This document shows positions 10,701-21,837 of a stretch of DNA of 64,000 nucleotides, piece after piece. The notes under the pieces were generated by a model, which searched no databases, was not told where the DNA came from, and worked only from the letters and a program-made list of their open reading frames with translations. Source of the DNA: Torpedo marmorata (lineage: Eukaryota). How positions within the stretch are numbered: position 1 is the stretch's first letter; each line of letters starts with the position of its first letter. Made by a program: the position numbers and the translations under genes. Where the stretch lies: positions 14,756,001-14,820,000 of the forward strand of contig OZ360257.1 in the NCBI GenBank assembly GCA_977017645.1, in the 5' to 3' direction.

Positions 10701-12289
10701 GTTTAATATCTGATTTGCTCTTCTCGGGGATGCGGTGAAGTCAGATATAATTCTCCAAACACATCAGTAAGGAAGCCACTATTTCTGTTGGGTGCTGCAC
10801 TTGACTCAATTACCTTTATGAAGTTGTCTCTCACGTATTCGGTGATGATCTATTTTATTACCCCGGACGTCTGCTCAACAGCTGAATTCCCATCAATGGG
10901 TTCTAATTTCCTTAACCGTCACTATGAACTGTGGGAGGACGAGCAGAAATCTCCATTCCAGCATAACAGTTCCTGAATCAGCAAAAACCTAACAAGTTAA
11001 TACTTGAAACTTGTGCTGCTTCCACTAGGCTCCATAATCATATGTGTGTTCAATCTTAACATGATTGAGCACATCGGCCTTTTATTGATCATCTCTGGTC
11101 CAAACGCTGTTGGTTTGAGTGGTGAGGTGAGCCGATACTTATCCCGGCCGTCAATATCGAAAAGTGAAATTATTCAGCAGATATAATCAATGTTTACAGT
11201 CCTTTGAGTCCTAAGATCGCCTTGCCAATATCTGGAACCCTTGTTCAATTTGGTATCACCTGTGAATATCTTCCGACACTCCCATTACATAACAATACAG
11301 AACATAGAACAGTAGAGCCTGAAAGGGCTTCCCTCGGGTACGGTTTCTAACTTCCTACTCTCCCGGGGTCCGAATCTCGTCGTGGCCGCTGCCGAGCCGA
11401 GGCGTCACTGTCTTGGTGACAGACCCCGAGGGTACATGATTTTACTTAAAAATACAGTCGGACCCTTTATCGTCCATTTTAAATCCTGTACGTGTCAGCC
11501 GGCATTAGGACCGGGCATTGGAACCCTTCGGAGTAGTGCTATGTCTCGTGGACAAGCGCTGTTTCTATATCAGTCATGTCAGTCTAAGGCTTTGAAAGCC
11601 GGTCTGATACTTGAGGTATCATGTTAAAATTAGAACTCTGCTGAGTCTTGCATCACAATTAATACGCAGGGAATTCTACAGAATTCTGCCGATGCTGTGA
11701 TTGCAGTGCAATACACAAAGGTACAGAATAAACTCAGCATCTCATGCAACGTCCATTGGAAGGAAAGATATATACATCCTGAATTACTCCAGCACTATTG
11801 TGTATTGCACTAATATCCAGGGATGTTTTCATTTATCTTTTATCTAACTGCAAAACTGACAAGGTTTTTTTTAAATCGAGCAAAGTCGCCATTGAGCGGT
11901 ACGCCATACATTTGAACGAACCAATGGGCGCTCTGTTTAATTTTCAAATACTTTTATCAAAACTAAACATTATTACCAATAAAATAATTTATAAAATAAA
12001 ACCCTTCAGTCTTATCGCGGCATTTGTGTCATATCCATAGATAGGCATCACTCTACATTGTTAAAGTCGTTCTCTTTTAAGCACGTTTGCCACCTGGCCG
12101 ATGCTCCCCCAACTGGTGATTGAGGCTTCCCCTCCGGTCCCGGCCCCTCAATGCCCGGTAACGGAAGTACTGAACACCGTGCTCCTTCCACACGGCGCCA
12201 TCGCGTTGGCTGCAAGCACATGCATAATGCAGGTGCTGATCAACTACACTGTGAGAACGACCGACAATATCTAAGTAGCATGCTTTAAC

Positions 12290-12565
12290 TTTTAAATTTA
12301 AATTTAGATGATTATTTTTTAATGTGGACGTACAGCACGATAACAACCACTTTCGGTCCACAAGCCCATGCCACCTAATCACACACAATTGACCTATACA
12401 CCCAGTACGTTTGAAGGGTGGGAGCAAACCGGAGTCCGTTGGGAAAACCCACGCAGACACGGGGAGAACGTAAAAACTCCTCACAGTCAGCGTGGGATTC
12501 GATCCCCAGTCCCAATCGCTGGCGCTGTAACAGGGTTGCATAACCGCTACGCTAACTGTGCCGCT
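12290..12565 (-). mobile_element. V-SINE, minus strand; copy ~37280-37557
   Basis: Reverse strand: GCACAGTTAGCGTAGCGGTTA...TTACAGCGCCAGCGA...GGATCGAATCCC...GAGGAGTTTTTACGTTCTCCCCGTGTCTGCGTGGGTTTTCCC, ending in a TAAATTTAAA tail. Confidence 0.8.
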
Positions 12566-14329
12566 CAGCGAAGAAGATCGAGTAAGTTATTTTGAAAAAG
12601 AATAAGACACAAATTCTGATTTTCAAGATTTTCCCTTCCAAAGGCAGGGTTCATAATGCTGAAAATATTATTTGCAGTAGTTCTACGTTGTTATGCAAGT
12701 TAAATCGCCAAAAATTGGCACAAACGTCGATAGCTGTTGACAAATTTAAGAAGCCCAAAGAAATAATGTGAACAATTTGTGGGAGAATTCGGAAAATCAA
12801 TTTCAATTTGCTATTTTTCATCCGAATTATTTGATTTGATTTTTGTGTGGATTTCAGAACAATTATATTTCTAACCCAAAGGCAAAATGATATAGTACTT
12901 TTCAAGATTCCAACAGTGTGAATTTAAACAATACTAAGGAACAGGCAAATCATCACAAGGTCTCGGGTTTGTTGGTTCTTTCACGAATCTATAAATACAC
13001 ATCGTCACTATAATAATGCGATGTGGAAAAATTTTGTTTGGAATGATTCGTCTTCCTGATCGACATCAGCAGTTATGACTTTATTTAATCTGTTTGCTCC
13101 AATGAAAATCTGCGACTAATGACAATAATTTCGTGTTCATGTGTCATTATGTGTCAGGTTTACTTTATTTATAAGTCAGGCATTGCTGTGAATTCCATGA
13201 AGCCAGTGGTTTTCAAACTTTTTCTTTCCACTAACATACCACCTTAAATAATCACTGTGGCATCGGTGCTCTGTGATTAGTAAGGGTTACTTAAATTGGT
13301 ATGTGAGTGGGGAAAAAAGATTGAGAACCACTGCTCCAGACCTAATTGTTACTGAAATATTTTGCTTAATAAAAATTGTCATTGGCCCATTTCCTTTGGA
13401 GTGATGAAGCCGTGCACATAACGAGTCAACGAGGTATGATTAAAACAGTGGTTTTCAAACTTTTTATTTCCACTCACATACCACCTTAAATAATCCCTTA
13501 CTAATCACAGAGCAACTGTGGCATAGGGATTACTTAATGTGGTGTGTGAGTGTGAAGAAAAAGTTTGAAAACCACTGCATTAAACTAAATGGCGCAACTG
13601 CATCTCATCTGTCCAATCATGGAGCGACCAGTAATGTTAGAGAACGAAAAGAATAACAATCCTATTCTTAGAATAGTTCGTGTACATCGTAAGCCATGTA
13701 ACATCTGCTAAAACGTCTTTTCATACTCGAGTTTTCAAGTCAAGTTTTTTGTCACCTGATTGTACAAGTACAACCCAAAGAAACTGCGTTCTCTGGTGTA
13801 GGTGCAAAACATGCAGACATACAACCAGACATAACACACATACAGACAAATAATACATATTTACGTCATACATATAATACATTTTAAGGCACAGCTTCTC
13901 CAACCGGCGCAATGCTCTTGTCCATTGAATAAACGCGTTGCTTTTGCTGACGTAAGTTCCCAAATTTCCGTCCTGTATAACGCTCATTTTCTCTCTGTTC
14001 CATGCACCAATATACTCGTCTCTAAAAATATCCTATTGTACCTGCCTCTAAAACAGTTCCCAGCAGTGAATTCCATGCACCCATTACTCTCTGTGTGAAG
14101 ATTGTGCCTCTAACCCTCCCCATGTACTTATCCGAAGCACTTTTAAACGCCACCCCCCGGCTGAATGGAGGGTTTCCTTTGCCTGTGGAAACCTTTCTTC
14201 CACAGTGCCAAAACGTCAAACTATTGGGGGGACTCAGCGGATTGAACGGCGTGTGTGTGTTTCTGTATGTGTGTGTTTTTGTAATTTCAGCAAATCACGA
14301 AGTGTCTGCTGTTCTGCCTTCAGATCAGA

Positions 14330-15740
14330 GAACATTATTAATCTAAATCTCTAAAAAGGGTAATAGAGAGTATCCTGAGAATTAAAGACAGGTGAGGCCT
14401 ACGTCAGTGGTGTGAAAACTATCACAGAGGATTCTTAAGGACACGATTTATGAGCATTTGGAGAAGTACAGTCATCTGAGAGACATAAGCATGGCTTTGT
14501 GAGGGGATGGTCGTGCCTCATGAGCCTCATTGCATTTTCTGAGGAGATAACAAAATATATTGAGGAAAGTGTGACTTTAGACAAGGTACATATGGATTTC
14601 AGTGAGGGGTTTGACAAGGTTCCCCATGAAAGACTCGGTCAGAAAGACATCAGTCATTCTATCCACGGAATCTCAGCTGTGTGGATAAAAAATTGGCTTG
14701 CCTGTAGAAAGCAGAGGACGGCACAGAAAGTATTCTGTCTGGAAGTCAGTGACTAGTGGAGTTCCGCAGGGATATTTTCTAGAACCCCTGCTCTTTGTGC
14801 ATTTTAGAAATGACCGAGATGAAGAGCGGAAGGGTGTGTCAGTAGGTTTGCAAATGATATAATGGTTGGAGGAGCTGCAGCTAGTGTTGAAGTTTGTCGT
14901 ATATTACAATGCAGAGATGGGCGCAAAAGTGGCAGATCGACTTCAATCCGGATAAGTTTGTGAAGCATTTTGGAAGGTCAAACCTTGATGAATACAGCAT
15001 TAATGGTCGGATACTTAAGAGTGTGGAGGAACAGAGGGACCTTGAAGTTCAAATCCATAGATCTCTCAATGTTTCCGCGCAGGTTGATAGGATAGTTAAG
15101 AAGGCCTAGGGATGCTGGGTTTCAATAATAGGGAGATTGAGTTCAATAGTATAGAGGTCATGTGGCAACTCTACACACCTCTGGTTAGACCATACTTATA
15201 GTATTTTATTCAGTTATGGCCACATCGTTACAGGAAGGATGTGGAAACTGTGGAGAGGGTGCGGAGGAGATTTACCAGTGTATTGCCTGGATTGGAAAAT
15301 GTCTTCCGAGACAAGGTTAGTAGAGCAGGGACTTTTTTGTTTGGAGTGAAGAAGGATGAGAGGTGACTTAATCAAAGTCTACAAGAATATAGACAGTAGA
15401 TAGGGAAGACAGCAAGCGCCTTTTCGCAGGGAGGGAATAGCAAACACCAGGGGACGTATGCACAAAGTGAAGGGAGGAAGGTTGAGGGGAGATATCAGAG
15501 GTAAATTATTCACACAGAGATGGAGGAGCCGGCAATGCTTTGCCAGGTTGGTGGTGGGGGCTGAAACATTTTGGGTATTTAAGAGACTCGTTGACAGGCA
15601 CATGGATGAACGAAAATTAGAGGATTATATGTTTGGAAGGTTTCAGTATTTTCTTGGTAGGAATATACAGATCGGCACAACATTGAAGGCCGAATAGCCT
15701 GTACTGTGCTGTTATGTTCCATGTTCTATGTTCTATGTTT
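14330..15740 (+). mobile_element. Decayed CR1 LINE, unit 2 copy
   Basis: ORFs 14499-14756, 14894-15109 and 15458-15697 are CR1 ORF2 pieces; same 3' tail. Confidence 0.9.
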
Positions 15741-16527
15741 CGAAACTACTTTTTTGCCATTCGTCATTCTGTTCCATGTAATTTACGGCCTCTCAAAATG
15801 CATCACTCAGTGGTTGCTGAGAATGGCAGAAGCTGACTGAGTGGTTGTGAAACTGTTTATGAATTGATTTTATATGAGATTGACGATCGGTATTTTCCAC
15901 ATTCAGACTTCAATCAGACTTCTCTCTGTAGAGTTATTCTGACCATGTTATTTATTTCCATTGACTGTTCGATGTGACTAACTGTGGCTTTCATGTTCGA
16001 TCGATTTTTTGCTATTTGTCACCAAACGCTACGAGCAAAATATTGCACTGAAAATAATTCATCTGTAGCGAAATCGCGGTGGAATTTTCCTCAACATTTG
16101 GGAAAAAACACCATTTTATTTATTAACCTCGGGAAGTAATTGATAACGTTGAATTATCCTGCAATGTAATATCATGCTTTTACACCTTATGAATTTGAGC
16201 AGTTATTCTCTGGCAGTAAAAAGTCTTTAACTCATTTGCTCTTTATGTCTTTATCTTGGCGCCACATTCCCTGACCATCAGCCGCATTATACTGGCTATC
16301 CGAGCGAGGAGCAAACTCCGAAGGAAGACCACCAATGGGATCCGCAGTGTCGCAGAGATGGGGAACCGCAGGAAACCGATAATGTTGCTGCTGGTCATTT
16401 CCAGCACGTTTATTCTCTTCAGGATGGCTTTCATATGCGTGCAGTTTACTGTTGCGCATATTTTGGAAGGAAGCTGCAATGATACCTTCACCATTGCGGG
16501 ATTATCGGGTTATATGCTGAAGTTTTC

Positions 16528-16793
16528 TTTTTTTTTTTTTTTTTTTGGAATATTTTATTTAAAATTTTAAATCACAAAATACATTGTATAAATCGCAAAA
16601 TTATCAAAATACATGTGATATATTTTCTCCCTCCCAACCACCCTCCCCACCCTAACCCCCCCCCACCCATACTAATCTATAAAATAAAATAAAATAAAGT
16701 AAACAAAAAAGAAAAAGAAAAACTAAGGAGAATGTCAATCTAGAATAAAAATAAATATAAACTGAAATTTTTGTGGAAATTAGGTTCACCAGC
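16528..16793 (-). mobile_element. Young 266-bp 5'-truncated L1 3' end with poly(A) tail and perfect 16-bp TSD, unit 2 only
   Basis: ATATGCTGAAGTTTTC at 16512-16527 and 16794-16809 flanks a 19-T run plus sequence resembling the L1 3' UTR at ~59490-59730. Confidence 0.9.
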
Positions 16794-16825
16794 ATATGCT
16801 GAAGTTTTCGATTTCTTGCCCAATC

Positions 16826-17072
16826 CCATTGTTAACAACAGCGGTTAGAGCAACGCTATTACAGCGCCAGCGACCCGGGTTCATTTCCGGCGCTACTGGA
16901 AGGAGCTTGTACGTTCTCCCCATGTCCACGAGTGTTTCCTCCGTGTCCTCCGGTTTCCTCCCAAATAAGAAAAACCGTAAGGAGGTTGAAAGTTAATTGT
17001 GGTATTTTGGTGGGACGGGCTCGTGGGCCGGAAGTGCCTATTCCCGTTCCCAATGCTAGATTTAAAATTTAA
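16826..17072 (+). mobile_element. V-SINE inserted in TM7 of pseudogene B; copies ~29137-29378, ~43018-43266, ~54781-55027
   Basis: AGCGGTTAGAGCAACGCTATTACAGCGCCAGCGACCCGGGTTC ... GTACGTTCTCCCC ... CTCCGGTTTCCTCCCA, separating ISCP from VALSQRKFRE. Confidence 0.8.
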
Positions 17073-17319
17073 ACCACTTCCTTGTTGCACTGTCCCAGAG
17101 GAAATTCAGAGAGGGTCTGAAGAATCTGGTAAAATGTCCAGTGACTCTTCTTACCAAGGCAAACAACTGCAAAGAATGACACCAGTTTATTTTCTCACAT
17201 AGCAAAATGAATAACCTCGAACAAAGTAAACAAAAATCACTGTACGTGCATGACCACAAAGTAACCTTCAAATGAAAATTGGGTCCCTGGATGGTGCACA
17301 GAACGTAAAATATACAACA

Positions 17320-18185
17320 CAGTGCAGAACCTTCAGTACACGACGTTGTGCCAATTTACCTGAACCCATTCCACAACAATATAATTTCCCAAGCGCACAC
17401 CTATAACGCTGTATATTTCTTACACCCTGTTCCTATCTTGGAGACATTAGAATGTCCCTATTGTAGCAATCTCCGCCACCACCGGCAATGATTTCGAGGG
17501 ACCAACCACTATCTGTTTAAAAACGTACCTTCCACATTTGCCTTAAAGTTTCCTTTACTCACCTTAATAAGCTGTCCTCCGGTATTAACTATTGTCGCCC
17601 CAGGAAACAGGTGCAGAATGTCCAAACTTTCTTAGCCCCCTCATAAACTTATATACCTCTATTTATTCACCTGTCATCCGCTTAGAAAAGCTCTATCTCT
17701 GTCAACCTTGCTCCATATGACATGGTCTCCAATCCAGGCAATAAATTATCCTGATAAATATCTGCACCCTCTCTAATGCATCTACATACTTGCAGTAACA
17801 AAGCGAACAGAACTGAACGCAATATTCCAAGTGTGGTCTCACCAGAGGTTTATGGGTCTGCAAAATTTCCTCTCGGCTTTTATCCGACGAATGAAGGCCA
17901 ACCCACCATACACCTTCTTGACCAGCGCGTCAACTCGCGCAGCAACCTTAAGGGGTGTATTAACATGGACCCCAAGATCTCTCAGTTCCTCCAAACTATT
18001 AGAAATTCTGCCATTAACACGCACTCCGCCTTCGATTCGACCTCCAAAGTGCACTACACTTAACCGTATAGAACTCAATCTGCCACTTCTCTGCCCAACT
18101 CAGCATCCTGTCTATATCCCGTGATAACCCACGGCAGCCTTCTGCACTCCAGACAACACTGTGAACCGTTGTATCATTAGCAAAT
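17320..18185 (-). mobile_element. Decayed CR1 LINE 3' portion, minus strand; copies ~29620-30495, ~43505-44375, ~55265-56135; only ~5214-5500 survives in unit 1
   Basis: Minus-strand ORFs LSRDIDRMLSWAEKWQIEF and VVHFGG...LRDLGVHVNTPLKVAARVDALVKKVYGGLAFIRR. Confidence 0.8.
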
Positions 18186-18986
18186 GCAAAGAAAATAGAG
18201 CACAGAAAGAAATTCTCTGATTGGACTTGATGCCTTCGAACCAACCCTCAGCGTTGATGCATTACGCCAAATACCACAGGCGATCCAAACACTCCTCGGA
18301 TCTGTGTGGCGTTTGCAACAAAAATTAACCCAGCATTTCAAGCGGGACGGTTCACGTCACAGTTCGGCGGAATGCATTTACAGCGTCAGCGACGCGAGTT
18401 CAAATACAGCGCTGCCCTGGAAGGAGTTTTATTGCTTTCCCTCGTGAACTGCTCGGTTTCCCCGGGTACTCTGGTTTCTTCCCACTCACGAAATAAAGTA
18501 TGGGGTTGGCATGTTCAGTGGATGCCATTTGGCAGCACGGGCGTCTGTATAGTTTAAATAGAAGTTCAGTCAAGCCAGCATGGCAGTTGACGAGTGAAAA
18601 CAAATCATCAGGTCAGACCGACTGATGAACCGTTGAAAACTCATGGGAACAAAGTTATTTTCAGGTGTATAATAATGAAAAGGAAAATATGTGTGATAAT
18701 CAGGATCATTGGGAACAAAGAACAAAGAGAATTGCGAACAAGTACCCCCAGGGACGAAGTTAAAGTGAAGCAAATGGAGATAGATGAAGGCGACACTCCA
18801 GTGTCACGGTTTCACGTCAGGTGATGCAGCGAACTCGCAACTGAACCTTGTTTATTACGATAACTGGTGTTAGTTACTCTGGGCGGAGCGATCTCAGGTC
18901 ATAAACTTAGAATGAACTGATACTGTTTGTTAAATCGAGTATGTGGAGGTGTTATGTAATTTAATGTCCCAGTAGAGCGGCTGACC

Positions 18987-19009
18987 TATAAATTAGGCTT
19001 CACAGTGAA
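18987..19009 (+). promoter_or_regulatory. Putative TATA box of A2
   Basis: TATAAATTAGGCTTCACAGTGAA, identical to A1, 81 nt before the mutated first start codon. Confidence 0.5.
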
Positions 19010-19076
19010 ACTCTTCGTTTTCACATATTCATATGTGCTGTGGAGAAACCGCTCTTATCCTCAAAAGATACCACGA

Positions 19077-21837
19077 ATGGACGCCACGGAGATCTTCTAT
19101 CCCATTCTTGCAATTGTCGGCATTCCTGGTAAGTGATTTTTCTGCGATCTCGACCGCGTGTTTTCTGGTTGTCCGTATTNNNNNNNNNNNNNNNNNNNNN
19201 NNNNNNNNNNNNNNNNNNNNNNNNNNNNNNNNNNNNNNNNNNNNNNNNNNNNNNNNNNNNNNNNNNNNNNNNNNNNNNNNNNNNNNNNNNNNNNNNNNNN
19301 NNNNNNNNNNNNNNNNNNNNNNNNNNCGCTCTGCCAGGATTTAAAGAATCTATTGACCTGACGTTGTTGAAGTTAGACAATGTCCAGTCAGTAGAAAATA
19401 AAACCGAAGACGTCTGGGCAATGCTGCTATATCAGAGACAGTTGAGACAAATCTCAGTTGTTTTCTGCTGCGAGTCCTGTCCAACAGAAAACACAAAGAA
19501 CGCTGCGATCCGACCAGGGGTTTTAACCATTCACAGGCTGGACTGGGACATGGATTCTGGCAAAGTGATAGGTCACGGTGTTTGCTTTCCTGTTAATATC
19601 GGTTGGTGCACGGACGTTGGTGTTCTTTCGAAATCTTCCTCCAGTGGCGGAGAGCAGATATCGATCAAATGAAAACTCTTCAATGTACCCCGAGGTTTCT
19701 CATCAGTTATTCTCACCCGAGTTTATCTCCTACCAGACACCAATTACCAACAGGCACGTGCGGAGCTGCATGACCTGGTCAGTAAACAAGCCCACCCCGA
19801 GACACTTCCAGTCACAGTCGTTGACTTTAACCAGGCCTGTCTTAAGAAAGCCCTGCGCATATATCACCAGCACGTAACCCGCTGTACCAGAGACACCAGC
19901 TCATTTGATCATTGCGACGAATGCCTACGTTCTTTCATGATAGAATATGTTGGTGTTTGCTGTCCACCCCATCTAAACCCCTCATGATGTTGTCTACCCC
20001 CAATAATTCACCTCTTCCCCTTCATCGCTGTAGAGAAAAGCCACAGCTCTGTAAACCTTCCTACATATGATAGGTTCTGCAATCCAGGCAACACCTTTTC
20101 ACACTCTCCAGAGCATCCAGATATTTCCTATAAGGAGGCAACCTTAACTGAACGCAACGATTTGAACTGTTTATCGTCACTTATCCGGGAAAAAGTGAAA
20201 AGGCGTTATTTGGCCTGCTATCCAGGCAAATCAAGCCACATAAAATACAGCAGGCAGCGCAAGGATAAAAATAGTACAGGTGATAGTGTTACAATAAAGT
20301 ACAGCATGACGTTTTAAAGACAGGAGTGCTGTTAATCTATGCAAGTCATTACGTTTTACTCATGAGAGGTCTATTCAAAAGCCTGCCAGCAGGAATGCAA
20401 GTGCCGTTGAATCTGGTTGGGTGCGTTTTGTCCAAACTCGTGCTTCTTGTGCCCGGCGGCAGGGAGAAGGAGCGACTGCGGTAGGGGTGGAACAGATTCT
20501 TGAACATGTACAGTGATTATATATCCGGGTGACGGCGGGAGATATGGACGAAGTCGATGGACGGGGGATTGGATTATTGATAACACTGATTGCGTTCATT
20601 ACACTCCGTGGTTTCTTGAGACTCCGAGGTCAGCAGTTTCCACACCAATCTGTGATGCACCCGCACCGGACACTTTCTATTGTTCATCTGCACACAACGG
20701 ACAGCGTCAACGGGGGCATGCCGAAATTCCTCCGCTTCTGAGGAAGTGAAAGCGTTGCTGCGCTTTCCATTCCGTAATGCCAATGTAATGTTGGCAACCG
20801 CATAATTTAGAGGAGCATACAAATGTTTCGATTAGGTTAATCCCAAAGATTCTATTGTGAAAATCACGTTAAAGATGTTGGCTTGTTTTTCTGGTAGTTT
20901 CCTGGTTTTCCATCTTGTTACAGGTACCCTGCTCTCGATTGTGGTCCTGTCCCGGGGAATGTGCGGCCTCTCCAAAGGAGTGATTCGTTACATGGTAACC
21001 ATGGCAGTTGCAGACACAATGGTCTGTGTGTTTAACGTTACAGTGACATTCGTCTTCCGCCATCATTTTCAGGGTTCATTCTGGGCACACACCACCACTT
21101 GTCGCCTTACAGACTTCATACAGAAATCCAGCGTGCAATTCTCTGTCTGGGCCACGGTATCGTTCACAGTGGACCGCTTCATTGCCATTTGTTGCCAGCA
21201 ATTCAAAACAAAATATTGTACCGAAAGAAACGCCACGGTGGTTCTTACAACTGTGGGTCTGCTGACCTTTGTGATGCACATTCCAGCTTATTTCCGGTAT
21301 GAACCCCATTACATTGCGGGTGATGTCCAATGGGGCTGCCGTACTATAACACAATACATTTCTTCACCAGATTGGCAGACTTACAGATGGTTGTCTAAAC
21401 TTATGGTACCACTCGTGCCGCTGCCGCTGATGTTGCTGTTGAATTCTCTCACCATCCGACATATTTTACTTGTCAGCAGAGCTCGGAAGGCTTTGAAGCG
21501 CCGTGGGGACGGTCAGGTATTTGATCCCGAGATGACGAACCGGAGAACGTCCATTATATTGCTCTTCGCCATTTCTGGTACCTTCATAGCGTTGTGGACA
21601 CCGGTTACGATAATTGACCAATACTTCCATCTCACCGCAAGTTTTTTGATCGACGCCCCGAAGTCACTGCTTCTGGCAATTAGAATCGCGGTTCTGCTGA
21701 TGTATTTGAGCTGCTGCACAAACACTTGTGTTTATGCGTTGACACAGAGGAGATTCCGGGATGAGGTGAAGAAGGTGGCAAAATATCCATTTATTGCCCT
21801 TGTACGGTTTTTAAAACCTATGACGCAGCCACAATGA
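19077..21837 (+). CDS. GPR139-like class A GPCR, copy A2; exon 1 19077-19128, exon 2 20924-21837; 321 aa, open frame
   Basis: Same two-exon structure. First ATG is ATA (19068) but an in-frame ATG lies three codons downstream (MDATEIFYPILAIVGIP-G|GTAAGT). Exon 2 is 914 nt with no stops; TM1 Asn reads Thr (GTLL). Confidence 0.85.

Larger units (their letters stand above)
13619..17179 (+). pseudogene. Ancient GPR139-like pseudogene B, unit 2; exon 1 13619-13688, exon 2 ~15745-17179, with L1 and SINE insertions in TM7
   Basis: Same motifs as unit 1 plus EMGNRRKPIMLLLVISSTFILF (ICL3/TM6), SGYML (TM7) and, after the SINE, VALSQRKFREGLKNLVKCP, matching YAMTQRRFREEVKKVAKHP of gene A. Confidence 0.85.

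Noticed and set aside
19180-19326. N runs (also 26407-26640, 34578-34719, 45387-45603, 47892-48125, 52082-52289, 57150-57362) as possible hidden features
   Set aside because: Each sits where a paralogous unit has a (CA)n, (GT)n or (GA)n tract with collinear flanks, so they are masked or unresolved microsatellites.
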